Shown: positions 26,401-35,149 of the stretch, one piece after another
Layout: each line of letters starts with the position of its first letter
Position numbering within the stretch: position 1 is the first letter of the stretch
Source of the DNA: a bacterium
GTDB lineage: Bacteria > Methylomirabilota > Methylomirabilia > CAVQYV01
Reading direction: 5' to 3'
Length of the DNA: 35,149 nucleotides
Assembly (NCBI GenBank): GCA_043800755.1
Contig: JAZDMQ010000126.1
Span: 1-35,149 of the forward strand
Made by a program: the position numbers and the translations under genes
The notes under the pieces: model-generated
Told to the model about the DNA's origin: nothing
Seen by the model: only the letters and a program-made list of their open reading frames with translations
Database searches by the model: none

Positions 26401-27471
26401 CTATCTTCGCATCATGGCCAACAGCTCATCCCCAACCTCTCCGGTGCGGGCAGACCCACCCAGGTCCGGGGTGCGCGCCTGGCCCTGGGCCAGAATAGAG
26501 GCCACCGCCTTGCGGATCAAGGAGGTGGATTTGGCCTCCCCCAGGAATTCCAACATCATGGCCCCTGTCAGGATGGCGGCCAGGGGATTGGCCATCCCCT
26601 TGCCGGCTATGTCCGGGGCGGATCCATGGGTTGGCTCAAACATGGAGGGGTGCGCCTTGCTGGGATTGATGTTGCCACTGGGGGCTAGACCCATCCCCCC
26701 CACGATAATGGCCCCCAGGTCGGTGAGGATATCTCCAAAGAGATTAGAAGCTACCACTACATCGAAGGATTCTGGCTTCCGCACAAAATTCATGCAGGCC
26801 GCATCGACCAATTGAGACTCGGTCGCCACCTCCGGATAATCCTTGGCCACGACCCGAAAGACCTCATCCCAGAAGACCATGCCGAAGCGCTGGGCATTGG
26901 ACTTGGTGATGGAGGTTACCTTTTTTCGCCTTCCCGGCTGTCGGGCCAGGTCGAAGGCATAGCGGATGACCCGCTCGGTCCCGTGACGCGTAAAGATCCC
27001 CGCCTGGACGGCCACCTCGTGGGGGGAACCTGGATAGACCCTGCCCCCCACATCCGCATATTCTCCCTCGGTGTTCTCCCGGATTACCACCATATCGATG
27101 GAGCCCGAGGCCTTGTCGGCCAGGGGGGAGCAGACCCCGGGATAGAGGTAGATGGGTCGCACGCAGGCATATTGATCAAACGCCTTACGAATCGGAAGGA
27201 GCAGCCCGTGGAGGGTGACATCATCCGGGACCCGGGGATCGCCTACCGCACCCAGGTAGATGGCATCGAAAGAGGCCAAAGTCTGCAAGGCATCACTGGG
27301 CATCATGGTGCCCGTCGTGAGGTAAAATTCGCTCCCCCAGGAAAACCTTTCCAGCTCCAGCGGAGAGCCCGCAGAGAGGGACTGGGCGGCCTGCATCACC
27401 CTGAGGCCCTCCTCCACCACCTCCGGCCCCACCCCATCTCCCGGGATGACCGCAATCCGATGAGTCTTCAT
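26401..27471 (-). CDS. Tartrate dehydrogenase/D-malate dehydrogenase (decarboxylating) family
   Basis: IPGDGVGPEV, FDQYACVRP, RENTEGEY, TKSNA, FWDE, SNLFGDILTD and FEPTHGSAPDIAG motifs. Confidence 0.88.
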   Translation of the reverse strand: MKTHRIAVIPGDGVGPEVVEEGLRVMQAAQSLSAGSPLELERFSWGSEFYLTTGTMMPSDALQTLASFDAIYLGAVGDPRVPDDVTLHGLLLPIRKAFDQYACVRPIYLYPGVCSPLADKASGSIDMVVIRENTEGEYADVGGRVYPGSPHEVAVQAGIFTRHGTERVIRYAFDLARQPGRRKKVTSITKSNAQRFGMVFWDEVFRVVAKDYPEVATESQLVDAACMNFVRKPESFDVVVASNLFGDILTDLGAIIVGGMGLAPSGNINPSKAHPSMFEPTHGSAPDIAGKGMANPLAAILTGAMMLEFLGEAKSTSLIRKAVASILAQGQARTPDLGGSARTGEVGDELLAMMRR

Positions 27472-27497
27472 TTATGATTCCTCGGGCCTGCCTCCGG

Positions 27498-28712
27498 CTA
27501 AGCAAGCCGGGGATCCGGCCCTTCCAGGATTCCCTTCACCTTTCCTAAGAGCTGAGCCGCATGGGTCCCATAGAGGAGGCGGTGGTCGCAGGACATGGTG
27601 ATGCTCATCATCGGGCGAATGGCAATCATCCCGTTGATGACGATCGGCTTCTCCACCACCCTTCCCACCGCCAGCATCGCAGCCTCTGGCTGGTTGATGA
27701 TGGCAGTGAAGTGGTCCACCCCGAACATCCCCATGTTGGAGATGGAGATGCTCCCCCCTCCGTACTCTTCGGGCTTCAATTGCCCCGCCCGGGCCTTTGC
27801 GGCCAGGCCCTTGTTCTCCTTGGTGATCTGGCTCAGGCTCTTGCCCTCGGCCCCCCGGATCACCGGGATCAGGAGCCCCTCTTCCAGGGCCACCACCACG
27901 CCCACATTGATCTCGGACTGGAACTTGATTTTCTCCCCTTCCAAGGTCACATTGGCCCTCGGATACTCCTTCAGGGCCAGGGCCACCGCCTTCACCAGGA
28001 TCTCGGTGAGGGAGAGGCTCAGGCCCGTCTCCGCCTGGATCTTGGGCCGGAGATTCTGCTGCAAGGTGAGGGCCTGGGACATATCCACTTCCATGCCCAC
28101 ATAGAAATGGGGTGCCGAGACCTTACTCTTGGCGGTGCGGTCGGCAATGATCGCCTGCATGGAGGACATCTTTTCCAACTTTCCCTCCGGCGCGGCTGCC
28201 ACGGCCGTGGCACCCCCAGCGATCGCCGCTTCCACATCCTCCCGGGTGATCCTCCCCCCGGGCCCGGTCCCCTTTACCTTCGCGAGGTCAATCCTGTGTT
28301 CCTCGGCCAATTTCTTGGCCACCGGAGAGGCCTTAACTCGCTCTCCGGGCCCTGCCTCCGGCACGGCTGGCCCAGGGGCCGCCGCCTCCTTCGCCTCCAC
28401 CCTGGCCTCGACCTTGGGAGAGGCCGCCTCTTTGGCCGCAGGGACCTTCTCTTCCACCTCAGGGATGGGCTCATTCGCCTCGGCGATGAAGCCGATGACG
28501 GTGGTGATGGGAACCATCTCCTCCTCTTTCACCAGGATCTTGCGCAACAGCCCCGTCCCCGGGGACTCCACCTCCAGTGTCACCTTGTCTGTCTCAATCT
28601 GAAAGAGGGGCTCTCCCTTCTCCACATGGTCGCCTTCCTTCTTGAGCCACTCGACGATCTTGCCCTCTTCCATGGTCAGCCCCATCTGAGGCATAATCAC
28701 CTTGGTAACCAT
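27498..28712 (-). CDS. Dihydrolipoamide acyltransferase E2
   Basis: Lipoyl domain ETDKV, E3-binding ASP.AKKLA...GTGPGGRI and catalytic DHR motif. Confidence 0.93.
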   Translation of the reverse strand: MVTKVIMPQMGLTMEEGKIVEWLKKEGDHVEKGEPLFQIETDKVTLEVESPGTGLLRKILVKEEEMVPITTVIGFIAEANEPIPEVEEKVPAAKEAASPKVEARVEAKEAAAPGPAVPEAGPGERVKASPVAKKLAEEHRIDLAKVKGTGPGGRITREDVEAAIAGGATAVAAAPEGKLEKMSSMQAIIADRTAKSKVSAPHFYVGMEVDMSQALTLQQNLRPKIQAETGLSLSLTEILVKAVALALKEYPRANVTLEGEKIKFQSEINVGVVVALEEGLLIPVIRGAEGKSLSQITKENKGLAAKARAGQLKPEEYGGGSISISNMGMFGVDHFTAIINQPEAAMLAVGRVVEKPIVINGMIAIRPMMSITMSCDHRLLYGTHAAQLLGKVKGILEGPDPRLA

Positions 28713-28797
28713 CCTTGCCTCCTATCGACGCAAATCCATTCTCCTATTACGGCGGGACGGGCCGCCAACCCTGCACCTGCAGCCTCTCCCACTCCAA

Positions 28798-29772
28798 TCA
28801 GGAGAGGATCCCCTTGGCCGCCTTGACGATGCCCTCCACTGATGGAATGAAGAGCCGTTCCAGGTGCTGATTGTAGGGGATGACCGAATTCGGTCCACAG
28901 ACCCGCTTGATGGGTGCATCCAGATAGTCGAAGCCCTTATCTGCCACCTGGGCCGCGATCTCCGCCCCCACCCCGCATCGCTCATTGGCTTCGTGCACGA
29001 TCACCAGATGATTCGTCTTCTTCACCGAATTCAGAATGGTCTCTATGTCCAGAGGGAAGAGGGTGCGGGGATCCACCACCTCGGCCTCGATTCCCCCCTT
29101 CGCCAGCTCGGCCGCGGCCTCCAGGGCGGACAGCACCATCATGGAGGTGGCGACGATGGTCACATCGGTCCCTTCCCGCTTGATATCGGCCACCCCGATG
29201 GGAACCAGGTACTCCCCTTCCGGCACCTCCCCCTTGGTGGCGTAGATCATCTTGTGCTCGATAAAGATGACCGGATTGTCGTCTCGGATCGCTGACTTCA
29301 ACAGGCCCTTTACGTCGTAGGGGGTGGAGGGCTGGATCACATAGAGCCCTGGAACATGCACGAACCAAGCCTCCAGGCTCTGGGAATGTTGTCCGGCGTT
29401 GCATCGCCCGGCGCCCCCCTGGGTCCGCAGGACCATGGGGATCTTGGCCTTCCCTCCGAACATATAGCGGATCTTGGCCGCCTGGTTCACCAACTGATCC
29501 ATGGAGAGAGTGGTGAAATCCATGTACATGATCTCGGCGACGGGCCGCATCCCCATGGCGGCGGCCCCCACGGCAGTCCCGGCGATGGCGGCCTCGGAGA
29601 TGGGGGTATTGCGGATCCGCTCGGGCCCGAATTCCTCGATCATCCCGGCGGTAACCCCCAGGGCCCCTCCATAGATCCCGATATCCTCCCCCAGCATGAA
29701 GACCCGCTCGTCGCGCCGCATCTCTTCGCGCAGGGCCTCTTTCACTGCCTCACGATAGGTAATGATAGCCAA
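28798..29772 (-). CDS. TPP-dependent dehydrogenase E1 beta (AcoB/PdhB-like)
   Basis: GEDIG.YGG, TPISE, QHSQ and DPRTL.PLD motifs; TTG start after AGGAG. Confidence 0.93.
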   Translation of the reverse strand: MAIITYREAVKEALREEMRRDERVFMLGEDIGIYGGALGVTAGMIEEFGPERIRNTPISEAAIAGTAVGAAAMGMRPVAEIMYMDFTTLSMDQLVNQAAKIRYMFGGKAKIPMVLRTQGGAGRCNAGQHSQSLEAWFVHVPGLYVIQPSTPYDVKGLLKSAIRDDNPVIFIEHKMIYATKGEVPEGEYLVPIGVADIKREGTDVTIVATSMMVLSALEAAAELAKGGIEAEVVDPRTLFPLDIETILNSVKKTNHLVIVHEANERCGVGAEIAAQVADKGFDYLDAPIKRVCGPNSVIPYNQHLERLFIPSVEGIVKAAKGILS

Positions 29773-29800
29773 TTTGTGCTCCTTTCCTAAACGGTCGCCG

Positions 29801-30760
29801 TCAGGCGTAGATATCGGTCAAAAGGGTCTCCGGTCCGGGGTCAGGACTCTCGATGGCGAACTTCTCCGCTTCCTCCAATTCCATATCCACCCCCTGCCGG
29901 AAGGTCTTCACCTTGCCTTCGTTCAGCAGTCCTCGCTCGGTGAGCATCTTCTCAAAACGGGCGATGGGATCCTTTTTCTTCCACTCCTCCTTCTCCTCCT
30001 TGGAGCGGTAGACATCCGCATCCCCGGAAAAATGTCCCATCCAGCGATAGGTCTTGCCTTCGATGAAGGTGGGGCCATCGCCGGCCCGCGCTCGCTCCAC
30101 TGCCGCAGAGACCGCCTCGTAAACCGCAATGGGATCATTGCCATCCACCACCACGCCAGGCATCCCGAAGGCGACCGCCCGATCCGCGATGTTGGGACAG
30201 GCCACCGAATCCTTGACGCACATGGAGAGGCCATACTGGTTGTTTTCGCAGACATAAATGACCGGCAGCTTCCAGATGGCGGCCAGGTTCGCGGATTCCA
30301 GGAGGACCCCCTGATTGGAGGCTCCATCCCCAAAGAAGCAGAGGCACACCTTGGGCACTTTCTGTACCTTGAAGGCCAGAGCCGCGCCCGTGGCCAGGGG
30401 AATCCCGCCGCCGACGATGCCGTTGGCCCCTAAGATCCCATGGTCCACGTCCGCGATGTGCATGGAGCCGCCCTTGCCCTTGCAGTATCCGGTCACCTTC
30501 CCCAAGAGCTCGGCCAGCATCAGTTCCACTTTGGCCCCCTTGGCGATGCATTGGCCATGTCCCCGGTGGGTGGCGGTAATCGCATCCTCCGGTTTGATGG
30601 CCGCGCAGGCTCCGGTCGCCATCGCCTCTTCCCCGATATAGAAATGAATGGACCCGCGCACCAGGCCCCTCTTGAAGAGATCGAAGGCTTTTTCCTCGAA
30701 CCCCCGGATGATGATCATGGTCTTGTACATCCAGAGGAGCTGTTTGTTATCAAGGCTCAT
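29801..30760 (-). CDS. TPP-dependent dehydrogenase E1 alpha (AcoA/PdhA-like)
   Basis: [23 protein letters not shown]...ENN and TYR..GH motifs. Confidence 0.93.
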   Translation of the reverse strand: MSLDNKQLLWMYKTMIIIRGFEEKAFDLFKRGLVRGSIHFYIGEEAMATGACAAIKPEDAITATHRGHGQCIAKGAKVELMLAELLGKVTGYCKGKGGSMHIADVDHGILGANGIVGGGIPLATGAALAFKVQKVPKVCLCFFGDGASNQGVLLESANLAAIWKLPVIYVCENNQYGLSMCVKDSVACPNIADRAVAFGMPGVVVDGNDPIAVYEAVSAAVERARAGDGPTFIEGKTYRWMGHFSGDADVYRSKEEKEEWKKKDPIARFEKMLTERGLLNEGKVKTFRQGVDMELEEAEKFAIESPDPGPETLLTDIYA

Positions 30761-30829
30761 TTTCCAAACCTCCCAAAAGAAATGAGATTGAAACGGAATC
30801 GCAGAAGCGACCTAAGAGCCGAGGATCTT

Positions 30830-31834
30830 CTATCTTCGGCCTTTCAATTGCAGCATTCTTGCCTTCTCTTTCACCTCCTGGTTCACGAAGTACTTGGGGA
30901 ATTCGCCCCGCAGCACCGAAGCTGCCCCCTGTGCCGCTTTGACCCGCAACTCATAATAGGCCTCCTCGGTGTAGGAGCCGTAATGCGGGGTGAAGACGAT
31001 GTTGTCCAGGGTGAGCAGCGGATCCTTCGGATCAGGGGGCTCCTTTTCCATGACATCCAGGCCCGCCCCAGCAATCCAACCTTCCTTCAAGGCCTGGTAG
31101 AGGGCCTTGCCATCCACGATCGGGCCTCGCCCGGTATTGACCAGAAAGGCAGAAGGCTTCATCTTCTTCAGCTCCGTCTCTCCGATCATGTGAAAGGTCT
31201 CCTGGGTGAGGGGGGCATGGATGGAGATCACATCGGATTCCCGCAACAGGGTGTCAAGGTCAACCAACTCGACCCCATAGGGCTTCCCCACCTCCGGGGA
31301 GAGGCAGGGATCATAGGCGATGATCTTGAAGCCGAAGGGGCGCGCCTTTTTGGTCAGGGTGCGGGCGATATTGCCGAAGGCGATCAGGCCCAGGGTCTGG
31401 CGCGAGAATTTGTGGATCGGCTTGGCCAGGCTGCGGTCCCAGATCCCCTGCTTCACCAGCTGGCTCATCCGGCAGACCTTCCTGGTCGTCGCCAGAATGA
31501 GACTCATCGCCGTGTCCGAGACCTCCTCGAAGCAGAAATCCGGCACATTGCACACGATGATCCCCTGGGCCGTGGCCGCCGGGATATCTACATTATCCAC
31601 CCCGATCCCATAGCGGGCGATCACCATGCAGTCCTTCAGGGTCTCGATCACCCGGGAGGTCAACTTGGCCGAGGCGTTAAGCACCGCATGGGCGCCGGCG
31701 GCCGCCCGAATGGTCTCCTCCTCGGAGCGACATTCCGCGACGAACAGCTCTGCCTCCACCGCGGCCAGGATCTCTCTTTCCGGTCCTGCAGGGATTACAT
31801 GCTGGTCGGTATAGACCGCCTTGAATTGGGCCAT
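30830..31834 (-). CDS. D-isomer-specific 2-hydroxyacid dehydrogenase (CtBP-like)
   Basis: RYGIGVDNVD, NVPDFC.EEV, NTGRG, LDV...EP and TPH motifs; ATG 31834 after GGAGAGG. Confidence 0.9.
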   Translation of the reverse strand: MAQFKAVYTDQHVIPAGPEREILAAVEAELFVAECRSEEETIRAAAGAHAVLNASAKLTSRVIETLKDCMVIARYGIGVDNVDIPAATAQGIIVCNVPDFCFEEVSDTAMSLILATTRKVCRMSQLVKQGIWDRSLAKPIHKFSRQTLGLIAFGNIARTLTKKARPFGFKIIAYDPCLSPEVGKPYGVELVDLDTLLRESDVISIHAPLTQETFHMIGETELKKMKPSAFLVNTGRGPIVDGKALYQALKEGWIAGAGLDVMEKEPPDPKDPLLTLDNIVFTPHYGSYTEEAYYELRVKAAQGAASVLRGEFPKYFVNQEVKEKARMLQLKGRR

Positions 31835-31865
31835 CCTCTCCTCCCTCCGCTCGTCCCGGCCAAGC

Positions 31866-32252
31866 TCAGTCCTTGACCTGGACCAATTCGAAAGAATAAT
31901 CATCCGGGCCCAAGAAAAAGGCAACCTTGATCTTCTCGGTCACCGTGGCTGGCTCCTGGGTGATGGTGAAGCCCCGCTCCTTCACCTCGGCCACCGCCTT
32001 CTCCAGGTCCTTCACCTGCAATCCGATATGATAGAGGCCGTAACGATCTGCTTTGGGCTTGGTCTCTATTTCCTCCCCCACCTTCTTGGGGGAGAAGGAG
32101 AAGATGTCTCCCCCTACCCGCATCCGGACGATGGGCATCCCGTGAAATTCGATGCGGGAGAGCTCCTCCCCATCGAATATCTCTTTGAAAAACCGCACCG
32201 AACCCTCCAGGTCACTACACTTAAAATGCAAATGATGAAGGTTGCACCACAT
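31866..32252 (-). CDS. VOC/glyoxalase family protein
   Basis: HHLH...DLE, HIGLQV.DL and FFLGPD...ELV paired beta-alpha-beta-beta-beta motifs with H/H/E metal ligands. Confidence 0.85.
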   Translation of the reverse strand: MWCNLHHLHFKCSDLEGSVRFFKEIFDGEELSRIEFHGMPIVRMRVGGDIFSFSPKKVGEEIETKPKADRYGLYHIGLQVKDLEKAVAEVKERGFTITQEPATVTEKIKVAFFLGPDDYSFELVQVKD

Positions 32253-32332
32253 GCCTTTCTCCTTTCAACCGCAGTTTATCAAGCCAATCTCGGATTTCAA
32301 AGGACAGTTAATGGACTGACCGGAGGGATGTC

Positions 32333-33340
32333 TTACGACACCCCTTTGACACGCACATAGGACTCGGGAGACCGATCGATGCGGATGGGATTGCGGAGGG
32401 CGCGCCCCAATCCCTGCCATTCGACCACCATGATATCTCCGTCGAGCAGCTCGATGCCGGCCCCGAAGCTGAAGGCGTCCGCTCCGATGAAGTGGATGTG
32501 GACATCGCCCGGACGGCAATGGGCGGCGTACTTGAACTGGTGGTACTCGATGTTCGCCAGGCTATGCGACATATTCGCTTCACCCGTGGCGATCTCTGCG
32601 CTCCAGATAGCTCGGCCCCCGCGTTCGATGCGGACACCTCCCCGAATGTCTTCGAACTCGGCCCCCACCGCCAGTTCCGGACCGATCGCACAGGCACGCA
32701 GCTTTGCGGGGGCGAGGTAAAGGTAGTTCTTGGCCTCCATCTTGTGATCGGAGAACTCATTGCCTATAGCCAGGCCCACTCGCCACGGATCGCCGGACGG
32801 ACCGTTAAGGTAGGCGCCGGCCATCTCTGGTTCCTCTCCTCCGTCATGGGCGTAGGGCGGAACCTCCAATGGCTCCCCATGCCCCCGCAGCACCTCGCCA
32901 CGCCCCTTGTAAAACCACTCGGGCTGCACCCCAATGCTGCCGGCAGCGGGCCGGCCCCCTTCCAATCCCCACTGGAACATACGCATACTGTCGGTGACCA
33001 CCTTCGGGCCGCTGTCTTTCTCGTGCATCGCCTGGCGCCGGGCGGCGCTGGCCTTGTGGGTCAATCCGGTTCCGCTCACTAAACAGCGGGCAGGCTCCTC
33101 AGGGTGATCGAAAGGGGGAAGGATCTGCCACTCCGAACGCCCGGCGTATACGGAATCGTAATCCAACTCCTCCCGGGAGAGATGCTTGCTGGCCAGAGTG
33201 GTCAGTTCGACCCCAGAGCGGATGGCCTCCCAGGCCAGGGCATAGGTGGAGGTATACTCGTCAAGCAGGCAAAGCCGCTCCTCTTCCGCGATGGCCACGC
33301 GCCGCCCTCGCTTGCTGTGTCGCAGTTGCACGAGATTCAT
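32333..33340 (-). CDS. AraD1/GguC family protein (FAH superfamily, putative 2-keto-3-deoxy sugar-acid dehydratase)
   Basis: SGTGLTH, DSMRMF..G.EGG, QPEWFYKG, DGGEEPE, GNEFSDH.ME..NYLYLA and GEANMSHS motifs; ATG 33340 after GGAGGTG. Confidence 0.85.
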   Translation of the reverse strand: MNLVQLRHSKRGRRVAIAEEERLCLLDEYTSTYALAWEAIRSGVELTTLASKHLSREELDYDSVYAGRSEWQILPPFDHPEEPARCLVSGTGLTHKASAARRQAMHEKDSGPKVVTDSMRMFQWGLEGGRPAAGSIGVQPEWFYKGRGEVLRGHGEPLEVPPYAHDGGEEPEMAGAYLNGPSGDPWRVGLAIGNEFSDHKMEAKNYLYLAPAKLRACAIGPELAVGAEFEDIRGGVRIERGGRAIWSAEIATGEANMSHSLANIEYHQFKYAAHCRPGDVHIHFIGADAFSFGAGIELLDGDIMVVEWQGLGRALRNPIRIDRSPESYVRVKGVS

Positions 33341-33433
33341 TTTCACCTCCTGGAGGCTGACCTCCTCACCCTCTTTCCCATCTTGTCCAAGCGGCCTGGA
33401 TTGCAATCATCCCGGCATTCGCGCTCTTGCGCC

Positions 33434-34216
33434 TTACCTCCTGATTGTTGCCAGATGATTCCGATAGCTCTCTAAGACCTCCTGACTCTTCTGTTTGAGC
33501 AGCCAGACATCGCCGGAGCAGACAAAGAAGCGCATCCCCTTATCCATCCACTTGCTTCCTGCCTCGAAGGTGTGGGCGTAGACCCCCGGAACCACCCCAT
33601 GTCTCTCGCAGCCAGCGATGATCTTCTCCATGGTGGAGATCATCAGGGGGTGATCGAACTGCCCCGGGATCCCTAAGGAGTGGGAGAGGTCAAAAGGACC
33701 CACGTAGGCTACATCAACCTCTTTGTGAGCCAGCACTTCATCGATCCGCTCCACTGCCCCCTTGGTCTCGATCTGCAGCACCACCAGGGTCGTCTGGTTC
33801 AGGAACTCAGCATGCTCTCCCGGCTTCACCATCTGGTAGCGGGTGAGGGTCAATCCAAAGCCCACACCTCGCGTACCCAGCGGAGGAAACTTGATAAAAG
33901 AGACGGCCTGCTCCACCTCCTCCGGGGTCTCGATGCGGGGAACCATGATCCCGGCCGCACCGGCGTCCAGAGGGCGGGAAAAGTATGGCCTCTCGATGGA
34001 TGGCACCCGTACGATGCTCGGCAGATCCCAGTCGCGGGCGGTGGCAACCAGATTGCCCACCGTCTCCACCGAGAGGGAGGTATGTTCGGTATCTACTAAG
34101 ATGAAATCCCAGCCGCAGCTGGCCAGGACCCTCGAGATATAGGGGGAGGAAAACTCCCAGACAAAGGTCCCTAAGAGGGTCTTACCCTCCTTTAGCTCTT
34201 TTCTCAAGTCGCGCAT
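33434..34216 (-). CDS. HpcH/HpaI class II pyruvate aldolase (GarL/RhmA-like)
   Basis: DTEH, VRVP, LDAGA.G, PP.G.RG, QIET and GPFDLS motifs. Confidence 0.9.
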   Translation of the reverse strand: MRDLRKELKEGKTLLGTFVWEFSSPYISRVLASCGWDFILVDTEHTSLSVETVGNLVATARDWDLPSIVRVPSIERPYFSRPLDAGAAGIMVPRIETPEEVEQAVSFIKFPPLGTRGVGFGLTLTRYQMVKPGEHAEFLNQTTLVVLQIETKGAVERIDEVLAHKEVDVAYVGPFDLSHSLGIPGQFDHPLMISTMEKIIAGCERHGVVPGVYAHTFEAGSKWMDKGMRFFVCSGDVWLLKQKSQEVLESYRNHLATIRR

Positions 34217-34331
34217 GATATCTCTTCTCTCTTTCTGACGACGCTATCTGCCTGATTGTGCAGCGCGTGCCGAATGGAAGCCTCTCTACGGGGTCGGCCG
34301 CCGGGAGAGGTGGCTTGATCTACCTTCCGGG

Positions 34332-34658
34332 CTACCGATATTCCTCCCGGGGGGGCGAGAAGATATCCAGCACCTTCATCGGGCCCTTGGTCACCAGCAG
34401 CCGGTGGACCACCTGAGAGGGGATGATGTAGAGATCGCCCGGCTTCATCGTCTTTCTTTCGTCGCCGATGCGGAAATCCCCCTCTCCTTCGATCACGATC
34501 CCCGCCTGCTCGTGGGAATGGGCATGATCCTTGACCTCAGATCCCTCCACCAGGTCCACATAGCAAAGCATGATCCGTTCCCCGCTGGCGACCCGGATCT
34601 GCATGCCCGGGCCAACCTCCTTCGACTTTAAGCTGCTCAGGTCGATATGGTATCGCAT
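34332..34658 (-). CDS. Small cupin protein (KdgF-like)
   Basis: HAHSHEQ, PGD...IP..V.H and DIFSPPREEY motifs. Confidence 0.85.
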   Translation of the reverse strand: MRYHIDLSSLKSKEVGPGMQIRVASGERIMLCYVDLVEGSEVKDHAHSHEQAGIVIEGEGDFRIGDERKTMKPGDLYIIPSQVVHRLLVTKGPMKVLDIFSPPREEYR

Positions 34659-34744
34659 GACCTTTCCTTGCCCCTCTCTTTTCTCTTCTTTGCACTACCT
34701 CTTCCAGAAATCCCCTGCGGGAAGGTGTTTTGCCTTCCCACAGG

Positions 34745-34795
34745 AAAGAAAAAGAACAGGGGAACCTCGCCTTATAGGGGCAGCAGGTTCCCCTG
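34745..34795 (-). terminator. Intrinsic terminator-like hairpin overlapping the upstream stop codon
   Basis: Minus strand reads CAGGGGAACCT-17 nt-AGGTTCCCCTG (11/11 stem) immediately followed by TTCTTTTTCTTT. Confidence 0.6.
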
Positions 34796-35149
34796 GGCGT
34801 CGAATTTCAACTCCCGAGGACCGGTGAGGGCTTCCAGATCGGGCCTTTTTTGCACCTCGTCCTTGAAGGCCTCGGAAACCTCCACCTCTCCCAGGATCAA
34901 AGTGCTCTTGATCCAGATGACCTTCGCCTTCTCCGGAGGAACATTTCCGATGGTACCAAGGGCCATATCAATCGCGTTCTGATCCGATTCTCCCACGATG
35001 GGAACTCGTGCCTTCTCGGGGCTGATGCCACAGAGGCAATTGATGTTGGTCTTTTGGTAGTCGATCTTGTCGTAAAGCCTCTTGGTGATGAAATCGGCCA
35101 ACCCGATGCCCACCGCATTCCCTTCGGTGGCCTCGGTGAGGTCCCGGGC
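34772..35149 (-). CDS. Lactate-racemase-domain (LarA-like) protein, C-terminal part (5' end outside the window)
   Basis: The frame is open to the window edge: DLTEATEGNAVGIGLADF...T.INC...IP...D...I.STL...SE, as seen in uncharacterised LarA-domain isomerases. Only about 125 aa are visible. Confidence 0.65.
   Translation of the reverse strand, partial: ARDLTEATEGNAVGIGLADFITKRLYDKIDYQKTNINCLCGISPEKARVPIVGESDQNAIDMALGTIGNVPPEKAKVIWIKSTLILGEVEVSEAFKDEVQKRPDLEALTGPRELKFDAQGNLLPL

Noticed and set aside
27561..31876. Long plus-strand ORFs (421, 223 and 478 aa) and similar ones elsewhere in the track
   Set aside because: They are antisense shadows of well-supported genes, expected at high GC3, and show no recognisable motifs or RBS.
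1..35149. CRISPR arrays, tRNA/rRNA genes, IS elements, integrases, prophage or defence systems
   Set aside because: No regularly spaced repeats, RNA gene signatures or mobile/defence protein motifs were seen by eye, and nearly all the sequence is explained by the listed CDSs.

Overview
GC-rich bacterial chromosomal window, probably from an anaerobic diderm (Desulfobacterota-like, Methylomirabilota or Nitrospinae/Tectomicrobia; the taxonomy is inference only). No rRNA, tRNA, CRISPR array or transposase was recognised. Left part, mostly + strand: an edge-truncated cupin (missed by the ORF track) divergent from an SDR and a UroD/MtaA-family gene; the anaerobic homocysteine-synthesis pair (DUF39 aspartate-semialdehyde sulfurtransferase plus NIL-ferredoxin); yjbQ; an HhH-GPD glycosylase; a TetR gene with a clear promoter/operator, followed by a truncated RND adaptor; then ruvX-mltG-TPR lipoprotein-AEC transporter-DUF1786. 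From 35149 down to 11329 every gene is on the - strand, in three blocks. (i) An uncharacterised hydroxy-acid/sugar-acid catabolic cluster: LarA-like, cupin, HpcH aldolase, AraD1/GguC, VOC, 2-hydroxyacid dehydrogenase, acetoin-dehydrogenase-type E1a/E1b/E2, tartrate/D-malate dehydrogenase, Zn-alcohol dehydrogenase. (ii) Housekeeping bamD-(broken small gene)-TPR-rsmA-pncB-thiL. (iii) A Dif-like chemosensory cluster (cheR, sensor-less MCP, cheW, cheY, cheA, cheC, cheD; no cheB) preceded by a REC-HD-GYP gene with a non-canonical RxxC motif. The best novelty candidates are the catabolic cluster, the Dif-like/HD-GYP coupling, an ATG-rich leader with an orphan perfect Shine-Dalgarno upstream of the homocysteine genes, and a terminator whose loop contains a stop codon.
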